From NCBI RefSeq assembly GCF_009914755.1, contig NC_060942.1: a stretch of 64,000 nucleotides of DNA. The stretch is one strand, 5' to 3'. Under the pieces are notes generated by a model. That model saw only the letters and a program-made list of their open reading frames with translations, had not been told where the DNA came from and ran no database searches. The position numbers and the translations under genes were made by a program. Positions 1-10,600 of this stretch are shown one piece after another. Origin of the DNA: the human T2T-CHM13v2.0 reference genome, Homo sapiens. Numbering within the stretch: the stretch's first letter is position 1; each line of letters starts with the position of its first letter.

Positions 1-244
1 TTCCCTTTCATAGAGCAGGTTTGAAACACACTTTCTGTAGTATCTGGATGTGGGCACTTGGAGCGCTTGGACGCTTATGGTGAAAAAGGACATATCGTCC
101 CATTAAAACTGGACAAAAGCATTCTCACAAACTGCTTTGTGACGTATGTATTCAACTAACAGAGTTGAACATTTCTATTCACAGAGCAGTTTTGAAAGAC
201 TCTTTTGGAGTATCTGCTAGTGGATATTTGGAGAGCTTTAAGGA

Positions 245-261
245 TTTCATTGGAAACCGGA
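245..261 (+). other. Degenerate CENP-B box, apparently fixed across the HORs
   Basis: TTTCATTGGAAACCGGA: both the TTCG and CGGG cores are altered. Confidence 0.88.
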
Positions 262-415
262 ATATCTTCAGGTAAAATCTAGACAGAGGCATTCTCAGAA
301 ACTTCTTCGTAATGTGTGTCCTCAACTAACAGTGTACAACCTATCTTTTGATACAGCACGTTGGAAACACTCTTTTTATAGAATCTGCAAGTGGATAGTT
401 GGGTAGCTCTAACGA

Positions 416-432
416 TTTCGTTGGAAACGGGA
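416..432 (+). other. CENP-B box, intact (TTTCGTTGGAAACGGGA); recurs once per HOR
   Basis: Matches the NTTCGNNNNANNCGGGN core. Confidence 0.95.
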
Positions 433-757
433 ATACCTTCATATAAAATCTAGACAGTGGCACTCTCAGAAACTGCTTTGTGATATCTGCATTCAAGCCA
501 CAGAGTTGAACATTTCCCTTCCTAAAGCAGGTTTGAAACACTCTTTCTGTCGTATCTGGAAGTGGACATTTGGAGCACTTTGACGCCTTTGGTGAAAAAG
601 GAAATGTCTTCCCATGAAAACTAGACAGAAGCATTCTAAGAAACATTTTTGGGATATATGTACTCAACTAACAGAGTTGAACCTTTCTCTTTATAGATCA
701 GTTTTGGAAAGCTCTTTATGTGGAATCTGCAGATGGATATTCGGATAGCTCTGAGGA

Positions 758-774
758 TTTCGTTGGAGATGGGA
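758..774 (+). other. CENP-B box position 2; array consensus TTTCGTTGGAGACGGGA (core intact), broken in this copy by C>T at 770
   Basis: Reads TTTCGTTGGAGATGGGA here and ...GAGACGGGA in most other HOR copies (e.g. ~2459-2475). Confidence 0.9.
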
Positions 775-1095
775 ATACATAAAGAAAGTAGACAGCAGCA
801 TTCTCAGGAGATTCTTTGTGATGTTTGCTTTTAAGTCACAGAGTTGAATATTCCCTTCAATAGAGCAGGTTTGAAACACTCTTTCTGTAGTATCTGGAAG
901 TGGACATTTCGATCGATTTCAGGCCTATGTTGAAAAAGGAAATACCTTAACATCAAAACTAGACAGAAGCATTCTCAGAAACGTCTTTGTGATGTGTGTC
1001 CTCAACTAACAGAGTTCAACCTTTCTTATGATACAGCAGTTTGGAAACACTCTTTTTATAGAATTTGCAAGTTGATACATGGATAGCCCTAACTA

Positions 1096-1112
1096 TTTCG
1101 TTGGAAACGGGA
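1096..1112 (+). other. CENP-B box, intact; recurs once per HOR
   Basis: TTTCGTTGGAAACGGGA. Confidence 0.95.
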
Positions 1113-1266
1113 ATATCTTCATATAAAACCTAGGCAGAAGCACTCTCAGAAACTACTTTGTGATATCTGCATTGATATCAGAGAGTTGAATATTCCCTTT
1201 CTAAGGGCAGGCTTGAAAGCGTCTTTTCGTGGAATCTGCAGGAGGATATTTGGATAGCTTGGAGGG

Positions 1267-1283
1267 ATACGTTGGAAACGGGA
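1267..1283 (+). other. Degenerate CENP-B box in the hybrid monomer (TTCG>TACG), apparently fixed across the HORs
   Basis: ATACGTTGGAAACGGGA here; TTACGTTGGAAACGGGA in most copies. Confidence 0.88.
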
Positions 1284-1316
1284 TTACATATACAAAGTAG
1301 ACAGCAGCATTCTCAG

Positions 1317-1322
1317 AAGCTT
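1317..1322. other. Single HindIII site (AAGCTT) per HOR, predicting a 1.7-kb HindIII band
   Basis: CTCAGAAGCTTCTTTG recurs every ~1,701 bp; no other AAGCTT seen in the unit by eye. Confidence 0.85.
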
Positions 1323-1604
1323 CTTTGTGATGTTTGCGTTTAAGTCACAGAGTTGAACGTTCCCTTTCATAGAGCAGGTTTCAAACCCTCTTTCTGCAGT
1401 ATCTGGAAGTGGACATTTCGAGCGCTTTCAGGCCCATGGTGAACAAGGAAATATCTTCCCATGCAAACTAGACAGAAGCATTCGCAGAAACTTGTTTGTG
1501 ATGTGTGTCCTCAACTCACGGAGTTGAACATTTCGTTTGACAGAGCAGTTTGGAAACACGATTTTTGTAGAATCTGCAAGTGGATATTTGGATGGCTTTG
1601 TGGA

Positions 1605-1621
1605 TTTCGTTGGAAACGGGA
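1605..1621 (+). other. CENP-B box, intact; recurs once per HOR
   Basis: TTTCGTTGGAAACGGGA. Confidence 0.95.
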
Positions 1622-4600
1622 GTATCTTCATAGACAACCTAGACAGTAACATGCTCAGAAACTGCTTTGTGATATCTGCATTCACGTCACAGAGTTGAAC
1701 ATTCCCTTTCATAGAGCAGGTTTGAAACACACTTTCTGTAGTATCTGGATGTGGGCACTTGGAGCGCTTGGACGCTTATGGTGAAAAAGGACAGATCGTC
1801 CCATAAAAACTGGACAGAAGCATTCTCACAAACTGCTTTGTGACGTATGTCTTCAACTAACAGAGTTGAACATTTCTATTCACAGAGCAGTTTTGAAAGA
1901 CTCTTTTGGAGTATCTGCTAGTGGATATTTGGAGAGCTTTAAGGATTTCATTGGAAACCGGAATATCTTCAGGTAAAATCTAGACAGAGGCATTCTCAGA
2001 AACTTCTTCGTCATGTGTGTCCTCAACTAACAGTGTACAACCTGTCTTTTGATACAGCACGTTGGAAACACTCTTTTTATAGAATCTGCAAGTGGATAGT
2101 TGGATAGCTCTAACGATTTCGTTGGAAACGGGAATACCTTCATATAAAATCTAGACAGTGGCACTCTCAGAAACTGCTTTGTGATATCTGCATTCAAGCC
2201 ACAGAGTTGAACATTTCCCTTCCTAAAGCAGGTTTGAAACACTCTTTTTGTCGTATCTGGAAGTGGACATTTGGAGCACTTTGACGCCTTTGGTGAAAAA
2301 GGAAATGTCTTCCCATCAAAACTAGACAGAAGCATTCTAAGAAACATTTTTGGGATATATGTACTCAACTAACAGAGTTGAACCTTTCTCTTTATAGATC
2401 AGTTTTGGAAAGCTCTTTATGTGGAATCTGCAGATGGATATTCGGATAGCTCTGAGGATTTCGTTGGAGACGGGAATACATAAAGAAAGTAGACAGCAGC
2501 ATTCTCAGGAGATACTTTGTGATGTTTGCTTTTAAGTCACAGAGTTGAATATTCCCTTCAATAGAGCAGGTTTGAAACACTCTTTCTGTAGTATCTGGAA
2601 GTGGACATTTCGATCGATTTCAGGCCTATGTTGAAAAAGGAAATACCTTAACATCAAAACTAGACAGAAGCATTCTCAGAAACGTCTTTGTGATGTGTGT
2701 CCTCAACTAACAGATTTCAACCTTTCTTATGATACAGCAGTTTGGAAACACTCTTTTTATAGAATTTGCAAGTTGATACATGGATAGCCCTAACTATTTC
2801 GTTGGAAACGGGAATATCTTCATATAAAACCTAGGCAGAAGCACTCTCAGAAACTACTTTGTGATATCTGCATTGATATCAGAGAGTTGAATATTCCCTT
2901 TCTAAGGGCAGGCTTGAAAGCGTCTTTTTGTGGAATCTGCAGGAGGATATTTGGATAGCTTGGAGGGTTACGTTGGAAACGGGATTACATATACAAAGTA
3001 GACAGCAGCATTCTCAGAAGCTTCTTTGTGATGTTTGCGTTTAAGTCACAGAGTTGAACGTTCCCTTTCATAGAGCAGGTTTCAAACCCTCTTTCTGCAG
3101 TATCTGGAAGTGGACATTTCGAGCGCTTTCAGGCCCATGGTGAACAAGGAAATATCTTCCCATGCAAACTAGACAGAAGCATTCGCAGAAACTTGTTTGT
3201 GATGTGTGTCCTCAACTCACGGAGTTGAACATTTCGTTTGACAGAGCAGTTTGGAAACACGATGTTTGTAGAATCTGCAAGTGGATATTTGGATGGCTTT
3301 GTGGATTTCGTTGGAAACGGGAGTATCTTCATAGACAACCTAGACAGTAACATGCTCAGAAACTGTTTTGTGATATCTGCATTTACGTCACAGAGTTGAA
3401 CATTCCCTTTCATAGAGCAGGTTTGAAACACACTTTCTGTAGTATCTGGATGTGGGCACTTGGAGCGCTTGGACGCTTATGGTGAAAAAGGACATATCGT
3501 CCATAAAAACTGGACAGAAGCATTCTCACAAACTGCTTTGTGACGTATGTCTTCAACAAACAGAGTTGAACATTTCTATTCACAGAGCAGTTTTGAAAGA
3601 CTCTTTTGGAGTATCTGCTAGTGGATATTTGGAGAGCTTTAAGGATTTCATTGGAAACCGGAATATCTTCAGGTAAAATCTAGACAGAGGCATTCTCAGA
3701 AACTTCTTCGTAATGTGTGTCCTCAACTAACAGTGTACAACCTATCTTTTGATACAGCACGTTGGAAACACTCTTTTTATAGAATCTGCAAGTGGATAGT
3801 TGGGTAGCTCTAACGATTTCGTTGGAAACGGGAATACCTTCATATAAAATCTAGACAGTGGCACTCTCAGAAACTGCTTTGTGATATCTGCATTCAAGCC
3901 ACAGAGTTGAACATTTCCCTTCCTAAAGCAGGTTTGAAACACTCTTTCTGTCGTATCTGGAAGTGGACATTTGGAGCACTTTGACGCCTTTGGTGAAAAA
4001 GGAAATGTCTTCCCATGAAAACTAGACAGAAGCATTCTAAGAAACATTTTTGGGATATATGTACTCAACTAACAGAGTTGAACCTTTCTCTTTATAGATC
4101 AGTTTTGGAAAGCTCTTTATGTGGAATCTGCAGATGGATATTCGGATAGCTCTGAGGATTTCGTTGGAGATGGGAATACATAAAGAAAGTAGACAGCAGC
4201 ATTCTCAGGAGATTCTTTGTGATGTTTGCTTTTAAGTCACAGAGTTGAATATTCCCTTCAATAGAGCAGGTTTGAAACACTCTTTCTGTAGTATCTGGAA
4301 GTGGACATTTCGATCGATTTCAGGCCTATGTTGAAAAAGGAAATACCTTAACATCAAAACTAGACAGAAGCATTCTCAGAAACGTCTTTGTGATGTGTGT
4401 CCTCAACTAACAGAGTTCAACCTTTCTTATGATACAGCAGTTTGGAAACACTCTTTTTATAGAATTTGCAAGTTGATACATGGATAGCCCTAACTATTTC
4501 GTTGGAAACGGGAATATCTTCATATAAAACCTAGGCAGAAGCACTCTCAGAAACTACTTTGTGATATCTGCATTGATATCAGAGAGTTGAATATTCCCTT

Positions 4601-7600
4601 TCTAAGGGCAGGCTTGAAAGCGTCTTTTCGTGGAATCTGCAGGAGGATATTTGGATAGCTTGGAGGGATACGTTGGAAACGGGATTACATATACAAAGTA
4701 GACAGCAGCATTCTCAGAAGCTTCTTTGTGATGTTTGCGTTTAAGTCACAGAGTTGAACGTTCCCTTTCATAGAGCAGGTTTCAAACCCTCTTTCTGCAG
4801 TATCTGGAAGTGGACATTTCGAGCGCTTTCAGGCCCATGGTGAACAAGGAAATATCTTCCCATGCAAACTAGACAGAAGCATTCGCAGAAACTTGTTTGT
4901 GATGTGTGTCCTCAACTCACGGAGTTGAACATTTCGTTTGACAGAGCAGTTTGGAAACACGATTTTTGTAGAATCTGCAAGTGGATATTTGGATGGCTTT
5001 GTGGATTTCGTTGGAAACGGGAGTATCTTCATAGACAACCTAGACAGTAACATGCTCAGAAACTGCTTTGTGATATCTGCATTCACGTCACAGAGTTGAA
5101 CATTCCCTTTCATAGAGCAGGTTTGAAACACACTTTCTGTAGTATCTGGATGTGGGCACTTGGAGCGCTTGGACGCTTATGGTGAAAAAGGACAGATCGT
5201 CCCATAAAAACTGGACAGAAGCATTCTCACAAACTGCTTTGTGACGTATGTCTTCAACTAACAGAGTTGAACATTTCTATTCACAGAGCAGTTTTGAAAG
5301 ACTCTTTTGGAGTATCTGCTAGTGGATATTTGGAGAGCTTTAAGGATTTCATTGGAAACCGGAATATCTTCAGGTAAAATCTAGACAGAGGCATTCTCAG
5401 AAACTTCTTCGTCATGTGTGTCCTCAACTAACAGTGTACAACCTGTCTTTTGATACAGCACGTTGGAAACACTCTTTTTATAGAATCTGCAAGTGGATAG
5501 TTGGATAGCTCTAACGATTTCGTTGGAAACGGGAATACCTTCATATAAAATCTAGACAGTGGCACTCTCAGAAACTGCTTTGTGATATCTGCATTCAAGC
5601 CACAGAGTTGAACATTTCCCTTCCTAAAGCAGGTTTGAAACACTCTTTTTGTCGTATCTGGAAGTGGACATTTGGAGCACTTTGACGCCTTTGGTGAAAA
5701 AGGAAATGTCTTCCCATCAAAACTAGACAGAAGCATTCTAAGAAACATTTTTGGGATATATGTACTCAACTAACAGAGTTGAACCTTTCTCTTTATAGAT
5801 CAGTTTTGGAAAGCTCTTTATGTGGAATCTGCAGATGGATATTCGGATAGCTCTGAGGATTTCGTTGGAGACGGGAATACATAAAGAAAGTAGACAGCAG
5901 CATTCTCAGGAGATACTTTGTGATGTTTGCTTTTAAGTCACAGAGTTGAATATTCCCTTCAATAGAGCAGGTTTGAAACACTCCTTCTGTAGTATCTGGA
6001 AGTGGACATTTCGATCGATTTCAGGCCTATGTTGAAAAAGGAAATACCTTAACATCAAAACTAGACAGAAGCATTCTCAGAAACGTCTTTGTGATGTGTG
6101 TCCTCAACTAACAGATTTCAACCTTTCTTATGATACAGCAGTTTGGAAACACTCTTTTTATAGAATTTGCAAGTTGATACATGGATAGCCCTAACTATTT
6201 CGTTGGAAACGGGAATATCTTCATATAAAACCTAGGCAGAAGCACTCTCAGAAACTACTTTGTGATATCTGCATTGATATCAGAGAGTTGAATATTCCCT
6301 TTCTAAGGGCAGGCTTGAAAGCGTCTTTTTGTGGAATCTGCAGGAGGATATTTGGATAGCTTGGAAGGTTACGTTGGAAACGGGATTACATATACAAAGT
6401 AGACAGCAGCATTCTCAGAAGCTTCTTTGTGATGTTTGCGTTTAAGTCACAGAGTTGAACGTTCCCTTTCATAGAGCAGGTTTCAAACCCTCTTTCTGCA
6501 GTATCTGGAAGTGGACATTTCGAGCGCTTTCAGGCCCATGGTGAACAAGGAAATATCTTCCCATGCAAACTAGACAGAAGCATTCGCAGAAACTTGTTTG
6601 TGATGTGTGTCCTCAACTCACGGAGTTGAACATTTCGTTTGACAGAGCAGTTTGGAAACACGATGTTTGTAGAATCTGCAAGTGGATATTTGGATGGCTT
6701 TGTGGATTTCGTTGGAAACGGGAGTATCTTCATAGACAACCTAGACAGTAACATGCTCAGAAACTGTTTTGTGATATCTGCATTTACGTCACAGAGTTGA
6801 ACATTCCCTTTCATAGAGCAGGTTTGAAACACACTTTCTGTAGTATCTGGATGTGGGCACTTGGAGCGCTTGGACGCTTATGGTGAAAAAGGACATATCG
6901 TCCATAAAAACTGGACAGAAGCATTCTCACAAACTGCTTTGTGACGTATGTCTTCAACTAACAGAGTTGAACATTTCTATTCACAGAGCAGTTTTGAAAG
7001 ACTCTTTTGGAGTATCTGCTAGTGGATATTTGGAGAGCTTTAAGGATTTCATTGGAAACCGGAATATCTTCAGGTAAAATCTAGACAGAGGCATTCTCAG
7101 AAACTTCTTCATAATGTGTGTCCTCAACTAACAGTGTACAACCTATCTTTTGATACAGCACGTTGGAAACACTCTTTTTATAGAATCTGCAAGTGGATAG
7201 TTGGATAGCTCTAACGATTTCTTTGGAAACGGGAATACCTTCATATAAAATCTAGACAGTGGCACTCTCAGAAACTGCTTTGTGATATCTGCATTCAAGC
7301 CACTGAGTTGAACATTTCCCTTCCTAAAGCAGGTTTGAAACACTCTTTTTGTCGTATCTGGAAGTGGACATTTGGAGCACTTTGGCGCCTTTGGTGAAAA
7401 AGGAAATGTCTTCCCATGAAAACTAGACAGAAGCATTCTAAGAAACATTTTTGGGATATATGTACTCAACTAACAGAGTTGAACCTTTCTCTTTATAGAT
7501 GAGCTTTGGAAAGCTCTTTATTTGGGATCTGCAGATGGATATTCAGATAGCTCTGAGGATTTCGTCGGAGACGGGAATACATAAAGAAAGTAGACAGCAG

Positions 7601-10600
7601 CATTCCCAGGAGATTCTTTGTGATGTTTGCTTTTAAGTCACAGAGTTGAATATTCCCTTCAATAGAGCAGGTTTGAAACACTCTTTCTGTAGTATCTGGA
7701 AGTGGACATTTCGATCGATTTCAGGCCTATGTTGAAAAAGGAAATACCTTAACATCAAAACTAGACAGAAGCATTCTCAGAAACGTCTTTGTGATGTGTG
7801 TCCTCAACTAACAGAGTTCAACCTTTCTTATGATACAGCAGTTTGGAAACACTCTTTTTATAGAATTTGCAAGTTGATACATGGATAGCCCTAACTATTT
7901 CGTTGGAAACGGGAATATCTTCATATAAAACCTAGACAGAAGCACTCTCAGAAACTACTTTGTGATATCTGCATTGATATCAGAGAGTTGAATATTCCCT
8001 TTCTAAGGGAAGGCTTGAAAGCGTCTTTTCGTGGAATCTGCGGGAGGATATTTGGATAGCTTGGAGGGTTACGTTGGAAACGGGATTACATAAACAAAGT
8101 AGACAGCAGCATTCTCAGAAGCTTCTTTGTGATGTTTGCTTTTAAGTCACAGAGTTGAACGTTCCCTTTCATAGAGCAGGTTTCAAACCCTCTTTCTGCA
8201 GTATCTGGAAGTGGACATTTCGAGCGCTTTCAGGCCCGTGGTGAACAAGGAAATATCTTCCCATGCAAACTAGACAGAAGCATTCGCAGAAACTTGTTTG
8301 TGATGTGTGTCCTCAACTCACGGAGTTGAACATTTCGTTTGACAGAGCAGTTTGGAAACACGATTTTTGTAGAATCTGCAAGTGGATATTTGGATGGCTT
8401 TGTGGATTTCGTTGGAAACGGGAGTATCTTCACAGACAACCTAGACAGTAACATGCTCAGAAACTGTTTTGTGATATCTGCATTCACGTCACAGTGTTGA
8501 ACATTCCCTTTCATAGAGCAGGTTTGAAACACACTTTCTGTAGTATCTGGATGTGGGCACTTGGAGCGCTTGGACGCTTGTGGTGAAAAAGGACATATCG
8601 TCCCATAAAAACTGGACAGAAGCATTCTCACAAACTGCTTTGTGACGTATGTCTTCAACTAACAGAGTTGAACATTTCTATTCACAGAGCAGTTTTGAAA
8701 GACTCTTTTGGAGTATCTGCTAGTGGATATTTGGAGAGCTTTAAGGATTTCATTGGAAACCGGAATATCTTCAGGTAAAATCTAGACAGAGGCATTCTCA
8801 GAAACTTCTTCGTAATGTGTGTCCTCAACTAACAGTGTACAACCTATCTTTTGATACAGCACGTTGGAAACACTCTTTTTATAGAATCTGCAAGTGGATA
8901 GTTGGATAGCTCTAACGATTTCGTTGGAAACGGGAATACCTTCATATAAAATCTAGACAGTGGCACTCTCAGAAACTGCTTTGTGATATCTGCATTCAAG
9001 CCACAGAGTTGAACATTTCCCTTCCTAAAGCAGGTTTGAAACACTCTTTCCGTCGTATCTGGAAGTGGACATTTGGAGCACTTTGACGCCTTTTGTGAAA
9101 AAGGAAATGTCTTCCCATGAAAACTAGACAGAAGCATTCTAAGAAACATTTTTGGGATATATGTACTCAACTAACAGAGTTGAACCTTTCTCTTTATAGA
9201 TCAGTTTTGGAAAGCTCTTTATGTGGAATCTGCAGATGGATATTCGGATAGCTCTGAGGATTTCGTTGGAGACGGGAATACATAAAGAAAGTAGACAGCA
9301 GCATTCTCAGGAGATTCTTTGTGATGTTTGCTTTTAAGTCACAGAGTTGAATATTCCCTTCAATAGAGCAGGTTTGAAACACTCTTTCTGTAGTATCTGG
9401 AAGTGGACATTTCGATCGATTTCAGGCCTATGTTGAAAAAGGAAATACCTTAACATAAAAACTAGACAGAAGCATTCTCAGAAACGTCTTTGTGATGTGT
9501 GTCCTCAACTAACAGAGTTCAACCTTTCTTATGATACAGCAGTTTGGAAACACTCTTTTTATAGAATTTGCAAGTTGATACATGGATAGCCCTAACTATT
9601 TCGTTGGAAACGGGAATATCTTCATATAAAACCTAGGCAGAAGCACTCTCAGAAACTACTTTGTGATATCTGCATTGATATCAGAGAGTTGAATATTCCC
9701 TTTCTAAGGGCAGGCTTGAAAGCGTCTTTTCGTGGAATCTGCAGGAGGATATTTGGATAGCTTGGAGGGTTACGTTGGAAACGGGATTACATATACAAAG
9801 TAGACAGCAGCATTCTTAGAAGCTTCTTTGTGATGTTTGCGTTTAAGTCACAGAGTTGAACGTTCCCTTTCATAGAGCAGGTTTCAAACCCTCTTTCTGC
9901 AGTATCTGGAAGTGGACATTTCGAGCGCTTTCAGGCCCATGGTGAACAAGGAAATATCTTCCCATGCAAACTAGACAGAAGCATTCGCAGAAACTTGTTT
10001 GTGATGTGTGTCCTCAACTCACGGAGTTGAACATTTCGTTTGACAGAGCAGTTTGGAAACACGATTTTTGTAGAATCTGCAAGTGGATATTTGGATGGCT
10101 TTGTGGATTTCGTTGGAAACGGGAGTATCTTCATAGACAACCTAGACAGTAACATGCTCAGAAACTGCTTTGTGATATCTGCATTCACGTCACAGATTTG
10201 AACATTCCCTTTCATGGAGCAGGTTTGAAACACACTTTCTGTAGTATCTGGATGTGGGCACTTGGAGCGCTTGGACGCTTATGGTGAAAAAGGACATATC
10301 GTCCCATAAAAACTGGACAGAAGCATTCTCACAAACTGCTTTGTGACGTATGTCTTCAACTAACAGAGTTGAACATTTCTATTCACAGAGCAGTTTTGAA
10401 AGACTCTTTTGGAGTATCTGCTAGTGGATATTTGGAGAGTTTAAGGATTTCATTGGAAACCGGAATATCTTCAGGTAAAATCTAGACAGAGGCATTCTCA
10501 GAAACTTCTTTGTCATGTGTGTCCTCAACTAACAGTGTACAACCTATCTTTTGATACAGCACGTTGGAAACACTCTTTTTATAGAATCTGCAAGTGGATA

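Larger units (their letters stand above)
120..1820 (+). repeat. Representative HOR unit: monomers 120-289 (B, degenerate box), 290-460 (B), 461-631 (A), 632-798 (B), 799-969 (A), 970-1140 (B), 1141-1307 (A/B hybrid), 1308-1478 (A), 1479-1649 (B), 1650-1820 (A)
   Basis: Monomer starts were read at CATTCTCAC/CATTCTCAG/CACTCTCAG/CATTCTAAG/CATTCGCAG/CATGCTCAG. A or B type was assigned by a pJalpha-like box (GGTGAAAAAGGAA) or a CENP-B-like box (TTCGTTGGAAACGGGA) near the 3' end. The unit restarts at 1821. Confidence 0.9.

Noticed and set aside
355-371. Mid-monomer CGTTGGAAAC resembling an extra CENP-B box
   Set aside because: The context is GCACGTTGGAAACACT, which lacks both TTCG and CGGG cores. 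It is a variant of the usual GCAGTTTGGAAACAC motif.
909-916. Palindrome TCGATCGA (overlapping PvuI/ClaI sites) once per HOR
   Set aside because: It is only 8 bp and explicable by point divergence of one monomer. It is useful as a methylation-sensitive restriction marker but there is no evidence of function.
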